DNA of 56,208 nt from Lobosporangium transversale (GCF_002105155.1 NW_019028979.1:1798001-1854208); one strand, 5' to 3'; positions 1-12,510 are shown, counted from the first letter of the stretch. A program made the numbers and translations. The notes: generated from the letters alone by a model not told the origin.

Positions 1-656
1 TCAATGAGTCCATGCTCTTCACTTGGCCTTTGCTTTCGCCTTCTATAGATGAGGACAGCTACGATCAATGCTACCAAGACTAACCCTGCTACTGCTCCAC
101 CTACTATCGCTCCAATATTAGTATTTGAAGCCTTAGTTGTAGGGATACCTGAAGATGATGGGCCGGAAGAGGGTGTAGAAGATGGATGGTCGTCTGAGGA
201 AGCCTTAAGCCACTCAAACTTGGCCAGATCAAACACAACGATCGAATCATATGGGTCGCTCGTCGAATCTTTTTCACCACCCCAGGCTACAAACCGATCA
301 CCAGCAAGGCCACAGGCAGCACTGGCTCGTGGTTCAGCTGCATCAGGACCCTTCTTCCACTCTCCTGAATTGAGATCGAGGACAAAGATTTCTGATGAAG
401 CGATATTAAAGCCTGGAGGGCCACTAGATGCAGGGATTCGGCCTCCGAAGACAACAATCTTTGTATTATTCTCATCTAAGGGTGGTCGAAAAAGATAAAT
501 ACGCTAATGAATATATGCTATGTCAGAACACTGGCATCCAAAAACTGCTCGAAATAGGGAAACGTACTGATGACCATGCAATTCTCCTCTCTTGTGGTAG
601 GGACTTGTCCTTTCACAGGCTAAAAGTAATCAATAACAGGTTTTCATTCAGTGGGA

Positions 657-689
<33 letters not shown>

Positions 690-1417
690 GTAAACATTAT
701 GGGATTTGCACTTACAATAATTGACCATGAGTTTGAGTCGATATGATATTCTGTAATGTATGCTGCTGATGTAGCTTGTTGAAGTTTGTAGCCTCCCATA
801 ATGCTGTTCCTGTTACTGTTGTAAACAACACCTTCAAAGTAGATCTCCCACAGTCGTGTGCCATTGTTGTATGGGCGGGCTCGCCATTTCGCGTCGGAAC
901 TCTTAAGCTCGCACATGATATTTAAGGGTTGAGTGGAAACGGTGTAGAACACTCCTGTTCGAGGGTCTATGGTAATGGCTCCAGGGTAGCCACAGATGTC
1001 ATATATACCAGTAGGAAACTCACTCCACCTCGCACCCGCATCTGCGAGATTGATTCGATAGCCCACATTGCCACTACCTATCATGTAAAGCATCTGATTA
1101 AAGCCAAGGCCATAATATTTTTTCTCGCTTGTGAAATTTCCATAATTGTGGGCCGTCCAAGGGAGAGCACCAAGAGACCATGATGCTGCGAGATCAAGAG
1201 AGAAAAATGGTCCGTCCCTAGTATCAAACGGCCCGCCTTGGACATAGAGTCTCGAACCAATTTGAGCAAAGGGCACGCGAGTGTTTGCCTCGGGACGTGT
1301 CTGAGCACCAACAGTTGAGATGTGATGAAGGATATGGAGGATCAAGTGCAAGAGCTTATATAAGAACAGTGGTGCAGCTCGAGCGGAGACGGTGCAAATG
1401 GAAAAGCAGGAGGTCAT
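1..1417 (-). CDS. Kelch-like beta-propeller single-pass membrane protein, subfamily B (gene 1; 3' end runs off the window). Exons complement(<1..475, 568..619, 716..1417)
   Basis: Reverse-complement copy of gene 6 (1..1509 matches 16194..17701, differing by one base in an intronic poly-A). GT-AG introns, N-terminal hydrophobic signal, kelch-like 'LYVQGG' and 'IVVFGG' motifs, TM helix followed by RRRK. Confidence 0.85.
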
Positions 1418-1976
1418 AATAAGTAACGTAGTCCTTGGTTTGTCCTGGAAGAGATTAACTCAACTGTGACATGAGAAGGTGTGAGATGTAAGAGGAAACA
1501 AGAATGAATGCATAATGAGGATTGTATCATGACATGAGCTGAGGTGTTCTTTGCTCATCCTGTTGATGACTTTTCGATACATCCACTTTGATCTGCCCTT
1601 GCTTGTACTCTGGATTTATCGGACACATGTAGCATCATTTTATGACAAGGAATGGAAGCATTACGTTCATTCCATGCCAACTTTCATTTTCCAGGAGTTC
1701 CATGCGTTATTCCTCAACAGCTTTATATTTTGGGAGGTTCCAGCGGACGGAAGAGATTTGCCCTTGTCTACAGGCACGCTCTTAATTGGTGTGTCATTGT
1801 GCCTGCATAATCTCCTTGCTTGCATGGGCTCAGAAGTGGGCGAATATTCACCTCTTCTCACAGAAGTGTACACCACACTTTTCCAAATGTCATGGCATGA
1901 ATTGATCCATTGTTTCTTCACTTTTCTAAAAAAGTTTTGCCTTTTCAAGACAATGTCCTGTTTTTCTGCCGCAACC

Positions 1977-3689
1977 ATGGCCTCTCACTCGTCCACCCTT
2001 GGCATATTTACTCGACCCTTGCTGCTCCTTCTCCTTAGCTTCCTAGCCCCACTTTTTCAGGACATCTCAATCACCCATGCACAAAACACTTCTGCGCAAG
2101 TCGCCCCTATCCCTAATACTCAGATGCCATATGCGCGAGTGGGATCAAAGTTTTATGTCCAGAGTGGTCCGCGCTCTGCAAAAAGCACACCGGTTTTCTC
2201 TTTAGACCTTACAACATCATGGTCGGTCAATGCACCTGCCTGGACAGCTGAAAAATTCGGCAATATCTCCAATGACCCATATAGTTGGGGAGTAGGTGAT
2301 AATCAATCCTTACTTGTACTCTATGATAATCCTGGTACAACATATCATCGAGTCAATGTTACCAATCCCGATGCAAAATGGAGAACCATTGCAATGTTGC
2401 GGCCCGTTGAATGTCCTGTACGTGACACTGTTATCGATTCCAGGACTGGGTGGATGTATACCTCTAATAAAATTGATGAGTTTGATGAGCCCGATACTTT
2501 GTGTGTAGACGACAGAGATGGTGCTTACGCGGTTCCTGATATTGTTCCTTCCGGCATTTTTGGCGAGAGAATCATTGATGGTGCTGTTTACAATAACGCC
2601 AGACAATCCCTTATGAACGGATACAAACGCTTAGCGGACAAGACTTGGGGATACCTCCTAGAGTACTCGATCAATAAAGACAAATGGTCAAACTATGTAA
2701 ATACCCATAACATCCTTATTCGATTTACGTTCTATGTCTTTTTTCCCTTGACTCGACAGGATAATTGACTGAATCGCATCCAATGTTTCCTGTTCATAAC
2801 TTCCTTTAGAACGTAACAGGGCAGCTTCCAACTAAGAGAGAGCAAAATTGCATGGCCATCGGTAATGGCTTTTGATTTCCTTTTATTCATATTAATTTTA
2901 TTACAACTCTTCGTGCGACCAGTGGTCCCAACACTTGTGCTTTAAAATCTTACACTCTTGGGCTTACATATGATAGACACAAATGGGACCAAGATTGTTG
3001 TCTTTGGGGGCTCTACTCCAGATGCTAGTAATCCTACAAAGCTGAAGCCTTCTCCTGAGTTGTTTGTACTAGATCTTAAATCAAGACAGTGGAGAAAGGC
3101 GCCTAATGCAGCTTCATCTCGAGCCAATGCTGCTTGCATCCTGGTCGAGGATCAGTTCATAGTCTGGGGTGGCCAGAATACTAAAAACCCAAGTGGTGAT
3201 GGATCGATTTTGCTGTTCGACCTATCCAAGTTTGAATGGGTTACAACTTATACACCTCCGAGTTACCTACTGCCCACCAAACCGACTACCACCGCGTCTC
3301 CAGGACCTTCAGTAACGTCTGAGGCTCCTGCTCCGACGAAGAATGAATCTTCAAGTATTAATATTGGAGCCATTATAGGAGGGGTTATCGGAGCCTTGGC
3401 TGCTATAGCGATTGTTGCAGGAGTGTTCATTTACAGGCGGCGGAAACAAAAGAACCAGAAGAGCGAGATCCCTGGAACGAAAGATGTCAAGCAAGGACAT
3501 GCTCCGCCTGAACACTATGGCAAGCAAGAGCATGGCTTAATGGAAGGAGTGTCCGAAGATTATGGCAAAACTCCAGTTTACAGTCCTCAGCTGGTTAATG
3601 TCAGCTCGCGCCATCCTCAGCAAACACCTATTCTAAGTGGGGATCCTCATGGTGAACCTGCTCCAAAATATGAAGCTACAGAACACTAG
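1977..3689 (+). CDS. Kelch-like single-pass membrane protein, subfamily A (gene 2); join(1977..2696, 2810..2861, 2977..3689), 494 aa
   Basis: GT-AG introns restore the frame. 52-nt exon 2 encodes NVTGQLPTKREQNCMAI. Signal-like N-terminus, 'FYVQSG', 'IVVFGG', 'FIVWGG' kelch-like blades, S/T/P stalk, TM 'IGAIIGGVIGALAAIAIVAGVFIY' + RRRK. Start chosen by homology to paralogs. Confidence 0.85.
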
Positions 3690-4020
3690 GCCGCATTGAT
3701 GATTAGAGTAACTACTTATATATAAAAAAGTAAAAAATGGTATGGCACTTTATTCTTTGGCATAGATTGAAGATCATTTTTATGCTACATGCGTCCGACA
3801 GCTGCAGGTTAAGAAGCAAGTATGAGGGGACCAAAGCAATGTGTTGAAAAGCTCAATGAGAATGGGCGGAGCGCTTTATCCCGTAAATTGATTCTCTTTC
3901 ATTCTAGTTTCCTCTTACACCTTATGTTCGCTTCTCATACCGCAGTTGGCTTGTTGATTATCTATTTCGTTGTGTCTAAATAATCCTTTCAAGGATAAAT
4001 CATGGACTGTACTACATATC

Positions 4021-4178
4021 ATTGTCTCCTGCTTCTCTATTTCTATCATCTCCTTGCAAGCTTTACCTCTGCTCTTCTATATACCCCTGTCCCTGTCCCT
4101 ATCGTCCCTCAGCTGCTGGCGCTCAGACAAGTTCCAAAGCAAATGCTCGTATGCGCTTTGCTCAATTTGGCTCGAGCT
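4021..4178 (+). pseudogene. Truncated subfamily-B exon-1 fragment
   Basis: Encodes ..AGAQTSSKANARMRFAQFGSS, matching VGAQTSPEANTRMPFAQIGSR of B genes. Preceded by B-type upstream sequence (3780-3960). Frameshifted; similarity ends abruptly at about 4178. Confidence 0.75.
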
Positions 4179-5049
4179 GTTAAATGCTTCAGGCAAGTGC
4201 GGACTCAAAGAGATTAAACGCTGTTTATTATTGTAGTTAAGCTGGAGCATTATATGGACTCCGTCATAACTGCCACTAATTACTCTAACCTATGAATAAA
4301 GCCCTTCTTTTGTCTTTCTCTTTTTGTCCGAGCAAACGAAATGTATACTAAACCTCAGAAACGAGTGTCAGCAAATGAATCATAAATTTCTCCAGCATTC
4401 TTTTTATATATTATTACTCTTAACAGAAATAGTGGAGAGGAATTAATTCAGTGAGCTATTCCAATCTGTTCTGTAGCTCTTCGTCGGACGGGAGATGCGG
4501 CTCGGCGGAGAAAAAATCCATCAGTCCTTCAAAGAAGTGTCCATATAATAATGAAGATGGTGTGGAATGATGCAGGCTCGCGGCTCTAGTATTTATTTGG
4601 AGCTGGATCATCGAGAGTTGGATATCTTAATTGTCTTGTTTGGCTTTGAGTTACTTTCGGAGGATGCCCTTGAATGTGTGGACAAATCTCTCCGCCACAC
4701 TATTCGAGTGTGGATGATATAGTATTGAGAGTCTTGCTCTATTTGGGGCTTTTGCGTCATGAGCCGGAACTCTATCGATGGATTCAGTGCTATTAGGACT
4801 TTGGATACTCTTAGTACAGAATAACTTGAAGGAAGTGCAATGGTTTCTTGATTAGACAAAGCTCCAAGATAAAATCCTTGTGCAGATATCAACCGCTACT
4901 AAAGCGCAGTTATCGCCTCGGGCACTAGTTTCAAACGTAGCTAAGTCGATAGAAATAAGTTTGGACCCTGACCTTAAATTAGGATCACTTTAGGAACGCT
5001 GCCGCGAGACAAGTCCCTCTGATCGTTATGACCTATTGTGGATTAGCAT

Positions 5050-5925
5050 CGCCGGGCAGCCACGTTTGTGTATCCGGAATGATCCTAACATCCGCTCTCC
5101 TACTTCATGTTGCATATGATTCTTCCATGGCATGCCACGAGGTATTATATCGGCCAGAGACTCAAGATTCACAGGACACTTCTAGATCACATTAGTGGAG
5201 CGCTTGAGGACTAAACTCCATATGTCCACAGTGTTCCACCCCAGGCAGGCGGACAGACGGAGCGAGCTAACAGGATCCTAGAGGAAATGCCACAATAATA
5301 TGTCTCGTACAAACAGAATGATTGGGATTTGCTCTTACCAATAATGGGATTTCCATACAACAACCCCTCCGCAGCTTTTTCTCCCTTTTTCCTAAGCCAC
5401 AGGCATCATCCCATTGTTCCATCATCCCCTACTGAAACCGCCGACAACAGATGTACCGGCTATCTCTACCTTCATTTCCACTCAAGCTCCTACGTTGGTG
5501 CAAGCACAAAACGCAATAGCAGCAGCTCAGGGCATCCAAAAACGTCAGGCAGATAAAATATGATCATCCGCTAGATTTGTTGTAGGCGATAGTGCCGTAC
5601 TGAATACGGAGTATATTACTGTCGCCCACGCCAATCAACTCTCCAAAAAGTAAAAATCGAAATTCATTGGACCGTTCAAAATCACAACGCATACAAGCTA
5701 GAGTCACCTTCGAACATGAAACAACATCCTGTCTTCAATACAGATTTATTATGGCATTATCACGAATTCCCGCAGGGTTTCGGCGAACTGGCATCTGCAA
5801 GGCCACCAGATTTTGTCGATGGCGAAGAAGAATATGAAGTGGGAAAGATTCTGGATTACAAACTATTTGGCATAAAATCCCCAAGTGGCTCGTGAAATGG
5901 AAGGAATACCCTGACGAAGAAGCTT
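5050..5925 (+). mobile_element. Decayed Ty3/gypsy (chromovirus) integrase + chromodomain remnant
   Basis: Manual translation across frameshifts and stops: RLCI..., TKLHMSTVFHP..GQTERANRILEEM, QNDWDLLLPIMGFPYNN, KFIGPFKI (GPY/F motif), NAYKLE..HPVFN, VDGEEEYEVGKILDYK..WLVKWKEYPDEEA (chromodomain). Confidence 0.85.
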
Positions 5926-6019
5926 TTTTTCTGTTGTTATTTCATTTCTTTCTTCCATTCTCCTTTCTACTATTTCCTATCTTCTCTACCTCCCTTCCTT
6001 TTATCTTCCTTTTCTGTCC

Positions 6020-6580
6020 ACCTCAGCGTGGTAGCAACTGTCATCTCCTCCATCAATCTACGACGTTCCTGTGCTCACTCCTTCACACTCATATCCTGGA
6101 TCTGCAGTGCGCGGAGCTCAATCACTATCAACAAAGAACACTCCCTTATCATCGACAGCCTCGGCCCCCTTATAACGACTCCTCTTCTGTCGCCTCTCCA
6201 GCTTTTCACGACCATCCTCTCCATCGATACTGCATATTGTCAATCGCCGGATTTACAGATGTCAGGCGGACTCCAGTCTCCTCCACCTCCGGCTTCGCTG
6301 GAGTACTCGGCATCCCGATTTCACTTAGACACACCTTTGATTGTTACTATTTATGGAACTGTTGAGTTCCTTGATTTGTCCTACCAAGGCATCCTGAATC
6401 TGTGCCCTCTGGTTAGCGAGTTCGCTCAAGGCCCAGGTAAGTGTCTCCTTATCAAAGTCGATTTGTAATTAACAAGAACAAAGATGGGTCTAGAAGAAGT
6501 CTGAGGATGTTTATTGCCTAAAGTCTCTAGCTGCAGCGACGTACGAGCCGATACTAATATAGGTATTGTATAATGTGTAC
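6020..6580 (-). mobile_element. Possible LTR end plus gag-like relic of a second LTR retrotransposon
   Basis: Minus strand reads AATAAA..TAGACCCATCTT..TTACA (6515 to 6464), then a degenerate frame containing ELRALQIQDMSVKE*AQERRRL, reminiscent of retrotransposon gag (L-Q-x-x-SV-x-EY). Confidence 0.35.
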
Positions 6581-7189
6581 AAGTAAGCAATGTGAGTAAT
6601 GCGTTTGCACAATTTTAATCAACTTTACCTGGCATCATTGTACCTTAGGAACATCAAGGGTTTCTTTTTCAGTGTCACTTCTTTTTGAAGTCTGTAGCTC
6701 CTCAGAGGCATCGTGGCATGTTTGATATCTAGTTCAGCATTGTTGCCTAATTCGACAACATTCTCCATCGTATCGACGACAAAATTCGCCACCAACAAGC
6801 TTCCAATGGGTGTTGAGCCTGAGCCAATTTCGGGTGGAGCGTCCATATCAACATCTTCGTTAATTAGAACTTTATTAATGTCAGGCATGGTTACAATAAA
6901 AAATGAGTTGAAGTTATGGAGAAGAGCAAATCCTTGAGCACGCGGCTGCTCTAGAGAAATGATCAGACAGCAAAGTTTAACCTGTCTATCTTTCTAGTCA
7001 TGGCCTCCTTAGTCGAATAAGCCTATAGAACTCAGGGATGATATAGAACCAATGACCATCATCCTGTCCTCCTAGTAACGCTGATGTTAATGCTACACCG
7101 GATATTTCGCCTTTGTTCCAACTTACTTGAATAAGTCAATTCAGCGAACTCTGCTCCAATACACCAATAAATACCGTAGCCATTTAATA

Positions 7190-7450
7190 TAGACAGCAGT
7201 AAATCACCAATCCCAAACCATCTGGGTCATTGGGGATATTGCCGAGATTTTCAGCTGTTCAAGCAAGCGCATTGACTGACCATGATGTTGTGAGTTCTAA
7301 AGAGAAATCGATATATTTCTTGCAGAATGTGGGCCGCTATGAACATCCTGAAAAGTGAGGTTAGGAAGCAGAGGAGAAAGAGCAACAAGACTCGAGTAAA
7401 TATGTCGAGGGAGGACAAGTAAGGGGTCATGATTGCGGCCGAGGGATAAA
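7190..7450 (-). pseudogene. Degenerate subfamily-A exon-1 fragment, head-to-head with gene 3
   Basis: Minus strand reads tttctctttagaactcacaacatcatggtcagtcaatgcgcttgcttgaacagctgaaaatctcggcaatatccccaatgaccc, which matches A-gene FSLDLTTSWSVNAPAWTAE..GNIPND with a TGG>TGA stop and deletions. The A-type upstream motif is present at 7535-7564. Confidence 0.75.
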
Positions 7451-7817
7451 GCCCTCAACAGCTGTGGAGGGGACGTTGGCATGAAAAGAGGAATGAGGAA
7501 GCATTTCTTCTTCCATCGTCCATGTTGACTGTAAGGAAGGCGAAAATTTGCCCACTTCTGAGCCTATGTGCAGACACTATGAAAAGCTACACCCAACAGC
7601 TCCGCCCATTGGAGATATTATTTTTTTGCTACATGCATCTGATAGTTGCGGACTGCAGGTAAGCACAAGGTGGATGTATTGAAAAGTTAATCAGTGAGCA
7701 CTTGATTCATGTCATGGATTCTCTTTCATTCTCGTCTTCTCTCACATTTCATCTTTCCTTCTTATGGCACAGCTGTCTTTCTCTTCCAGGATATACCGAG
7801 AGCCGTATTCATATGTT

Positions 7818-9443
7818 ATGATCTCCCGCCTTTCCGTTTCGACCGTTTCCTCTGGAGCTATATCACTGTTCGTTTATAGGTTCCTGTCCCTAATTCTCCA
7901 CCATGCCTCAACTGTTGGCGCTCAGACAAGTCCCGAGGCAAACACTCGTATGCCCTTTGCTCAAATTGGCTCGAGACTCTATGTCCAAGGTGGTTCAAAA
8001 AGCGGGCCTTTTTTCTCTGTTGATCTCGTAGATCTTGCAGCATCATGGCCTTTTGATACTGTCCGTTGGGCGGTCCATAATTATGGAGAGTTCACAAGCG
8101 ACCACGCGCATCACGGCATAGGCATCAACCAAACGCTTTACATGAAGGGTAGGACTGTTATTCAGGATAGCTTTCGGGCCAATGTCGCTGATTCGAATGC
8201 GAAATGGAGTCTTGTTCCTACCCCTGAGCCGAGGTTGTGTAGAACCCTGCAGGACTATGCTATAGACCCTCGAAATGGAATAATATACAGTTTCGCCTTT
8301 CTCTCTAACAATACCATGTGCCTGCTTGGTGATTTCGAAAAGGGATGGGAAACTCGCCTCGTCAGTAATGGCTCGCTAACGGTTGTACCCGAATTTATTG
8401 GGGCTGCTTACAACAGCAACAGGAATAGTGTTATAGGGGGCTACAGGCTCGAAGAAGATACATCAACGGCGTATGTCACAGAATATCGAATCGACTCAAA
8501 CTCATGGTCAACTATTGTAAGTGCTTCATTATCGCTTTGCATATCATATTCTTTCACCAAAAATGAAAGAGGGAAAAAATGATTCTCACTGAATGAAGGT
8601 CTGTTATTGATTGTTGATTAGCCTGTGAAAGGACAAGTTCCTGCCACAAGGGAGGCGAATTGCATGATCATTAGTATGTTTTCCTTATTGAAAGATAGTT
8701 TTTTTGATGTTAGTTCTCTGATACACCGTTTATTCATTAGTATACTTGCCTTCCTTTTATCTTTAGATGAGGATAATACAAAGATTGTTGTCTTCGGAGG
8801 CTTCACTCCTGCAACTCGCGGTCCCTCAGGCTTTGTTGTTCCTTCTTCAGAAATCTTTGTCCTTGATCTCAATTCAGGAGAGTGGAAGAAGGGTCCTGAT
8901 GCAGCTGAACCACGAGCCAGTGCTGCCTGTGGCCTTGCTGGTGATCGGTTTGTAGCCTGGGGTGGTGAAAAAGATTCGACGAGCGACCCATATGATTCGA
9001 TCGTTGTGTTTGATCTGGCCAAGTTTGAGTGGCTTAAGGCTTCCTCAGACGACCATCCATCTTCTACACCCTCTTCCGGCCCATCATCTTCAGGTATCCC
9101 TACAACTAAGGCTTCAAATACTAATATTGGAGCGATAGCAGGCGGAGCAGTAGCAGGGTTAGTCTTGGTAGCATTGATCGTAGCTGTCCTCATCTATAGA
9201 AGGCGAAAGCAGAGGTTGGGTGAAGGGCATGGACCCATTAAACAGAAGATAGTCGAACATAAAGACAACTCAGGCGAGTTAAGTGAAGACGAAGCATACT
9301 ACAAGAATGAACTCACATACCAAAACCCTCAGTTCATCTCATCACCACGCAGTCCTCAAGAGTACCCCTATTTGGGACGGGATCCGCAGGAAGCGCCGGG
9401 TTTCACTCATGGCCATGATCAAGATAATATGGATCGTATTTAA
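7818..9443 (+). CDS. Kelch-like single-pass membrane protein, subfamily B (gene 3); join(7818..8516, 8622..8673, 8767..9443), 475 aa
   Basis: GTAAGT/GTATGT donors, TAG acceptors, 52-nt exon 2 (PVKGQVPATREANCMII); same architecture as paralogs. Confidence 0.85.
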
Positions 9444-10275
9444 GAGGAATAGTTTGAACAATTAGTAGTATGTACTATAGACATTTAAATAATTTGAATG
9501 ATGCCAGAATGCAATATTGTATTTATCTCAAATAGATAATAATTTAGAGCAATAACCCTGATACAAAACCATGGTTTGCTGCCAACAGTCAGTCTTTTCA
9601 GTCTATGAACCTTTTAGCCATAGTCAGTAATTGGCGTTTAGTGATCAGCGAGCTCGCACTATTTGTTTCCGACCTATGATAGTGGCTAAAGATGCAAACA
9701 CGTCCTTCAATATCTCTCTGCATCTCTTTCCTTCTTCCTTTTTTTTTGCTGGATCACTTATCACCTTATAAACAGATCACTTTGTAGCAAGCCCTTGCTA
9801 ACGTGCCATCATAATACCAAAGCAAGAGAGGAAATAAGAAGAAAAATAAAAATAAAAAAATAAAAGTGGGAAAAAAGATTGGTTTCTCTACTCTACTCCA
9901 CTTAACCTTTCACTTTCCCCCTCTTCTTCAACGCGACTTTCTTTAGTTGGTAATTATTTATCTTCACTTGGTTCCCCCCAGACCATTCTATGAGCGAATT
10001 AATTGCATAACCTTATTCATTTCGCCTACCCCCTTATGCTCAGAAGTGGGCGAATATTCGCCTTCCTCAGGATAGTGTCCATAACAGTTAGAGAGGATGG
10101 AGAAAGAGAATGCACATCTCTTTCCTCATGACCTGACCTGATTCATCCCAGCTTTCTCATTCCTTTCCTTTGTCTTGTCCGAAAAAAAAAAGAAAATAAA
10201 AAAGAGAGAACACTTTCCCTTTTTGAGACTGTTCCTTCCACCAGCTTTGGAGAGCTTTGTTATTCTGCCGCAACC

Positions 10276-11967
10276 ATGACCTCTCACTCGTCCTCCTTTG
10301 GCATATTCACTCGAGCCTTGCCGCTTCTCTTCCTTTGCTTTCTATCCACTCCATTCCAGGTTATCTCAAGCATTCATGCACAAATCGCTCCAATCCCTAA
10401 TACTCGAATGCCATATGCACAAGTGGGATCAAAGTTTTATGTCCAGAGCGGTCCACGCTCTGCTAATAACACATCGGTTTTCTCGTTAGATCTTACAACA
10501 TCATGGTCGGTCGATACACCTGCTTGGACAGCTGAGGCTTTCGGCGATATCCCCAATGACCCAGATAGTTGGGCAGTAACCGATGATAGATCCTTAGTGA
10601 TACACTACCCGAATAATGGAACCTTTAAGCGAGTCAATATTACTAATCCCAATGCACAATGGAGAACGATTGACTTTTTTTGGACTCAGCAGTGCCTTCA
10701 CTTTGCACATGAGATTAGTATGGATCTCAGGACCGGATGGACGTATACCTTTTCCATGGATTTGCCAACGAGCATGTGTGTGGACCAAAGAATATCACAG
10801 TCTCCATACATACGTCGGATTCCCGATGACTTATTTGGGCAGAGAATGATTCATGGTGCTGTCTACAACAGTGCCAGGGCATCATTCATGTTAGGATACA
10901 GGCGATTAATGGACAATGTCTGGGGTTACCTTTTGGAATACTCGATCGATGCCAATTCATGGTCACTGTTTGTAAGTGTCCATCCCACTCTTATTCTGAT
11001 CTTTACTTTCTTTATTAAAACGGTCAGTCATCTATAGACTCGATATGACTATTGACTCAGTACTATTCATCTCCTGTCCATACCTTTCTTTAGAATGTAA
11101 TAGGTGAGGAACCAACCTTTAAACGTGAAAACTGCATGGCCATCGGTATTGTTTACTATATTCCTTACTCCTTTCATTCATGTCATATCTGTGAATGTAG
11201 TCCGCATGAGCAATGATTCTAATAACTGTGCTTTTATGCTCCTACCTCCTTGCGCTTTGTAAATGATAGATGCAAATGGGACCAAGATTGCTGTCTTTGG
11301 AGGCATTCCCGGGTGGGCGGAACCACCTACTCCTGAACTATATGTGCTGGATCTTAATTCGAAAGAGTGGAGAAAGGCTCCTAATGCGACTTCGCCTCGC
11401 AGCTTTCCTGCTTGTGCCCTGGTTGGGGACCAATTCATAATCTGGGGTGGCCAGAATACTAAAAACCCAAGTGGTGATGGATCAATGTTGTTATTCGATC
11501 TATCCAAGTTTGAATGGGTTACAACTTATACACCTCCGAGTTACCTACTGCCCACCAAACCGACTACCACCGCGTCTCCAGGAGCTTCAGTAACGTCTGA
11601 GGCTCCTGCTCCGACGAAGCATGAATCTTCAAGTATTAATATTGGAGCCATTATAGGAGGGGTTATCGGAGCCTTGGCTGCTATAGCGATTGTTGCAGGA
11701 GTGTTCATTTACAGGCGGCGGAAACAAAAGAACCAGAAGAGCGAGATCCCTGGAACGAAAGATGTCAAGCAAGGACATGCTCCGCCTGAACACTATGGCA
11801 AGCAAGAGCATGGCTTAATGGAAGGAGTGTCCGAAGATTATGGCAAAACTCCAGTTTACAGTCCTCAGCTGGTTAATGTCAGCTCGCGCCATCCTCAGCA
11901 AACGCCTATTCTAGGTCGGGATCCTCATGGTGAACCTGCTCCAAAATATGAAGCTACAGAACACTAG
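10276..11967 (+). CDS. Kelch-like single-pass membrane protein, subfamily A (gene 4); join(10276..10971, 11094..11145, 11270..11967), 481 aa
   Basis: GT-AG introns at positions homologous to gene 2; frame preserved; signal peptide, kelch-like blades, TM + RRRK. Confidence 0.85.
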
Positions 11968-12221
11968 GCCGCATTGATGATTAGAGTAACTACTTATATA
12001 TAAAAAAGTAAAAAATGGTATGGCACTTTATTCTTTGGCATAGATTGAAGATCATATTTCTGCTACATGCGCCCGATAGCTGCAGGCTACAAACAAGCGC
12101 AAATCAAAGTGAATGTATTGGAAACCCCAAACGACGAGGGTTGTCTTCGGAGGCCGTACTCCTATATCTAGTACCTAGTGATCCCTCCGACTTCAATGTT
12201 ACCTACCCTCTCAGAAATATT

Positions 12222-12510
12222 ACTCTTGACCTTAATTCAAGAGAATGGAAGAAGGACCCTATTGTAGCTGAATCACGAGCCAATGCTGCCTGTAGCTTTT
12301 TTGGTGGTCGATACGTAGCTTATGGTGGCGACAAGGATTGAATAGTGACACTCTTGATACAAGCGTTACATTTAACATGGTCAAGTTTGAGTAGGTCACG
12401 GCTTCTTCGCGCCATCAACCGGCGTTAACGCCTCCTAATCTGGCAATCCCTTCGGCCTATCATATCCAACTGTCCCTACTACTGGGTCTTCCAATACTAA
12501 TTTTGGATAA
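12222..12510 (+). pseudogene. Degenerate subfamily-B exon-3 fragment
   Basis: LDLNSREWKKDPIVAESRANAACSFFGGRYVAYGGDKD* ..KFE*VTAS.. SNTNFG matches B exon 3, with in-frame stops. Exons 1-2 are missing. Confidence 0.75.

Noticed and set aside
49..498. ORFs antisense to kelch exon 3 (49..498, 8618..9193, 17204..17653, 24567..24842)
   Set aside because: Shadow frames of the real genes.
1551..1976. N-terminal extensions of ORFs 1551..2768, 7764..8582 and 14200..15216
   Set aside because: Paralog alignment places the start at the signal peptide (1977, 7818, 14434/14440); the extensions cover promoter sequence.
6281..6303. Additional HDV-like core (ccacctcc)
   Set aside because: No matching P3', P1 or J4/2 elements.
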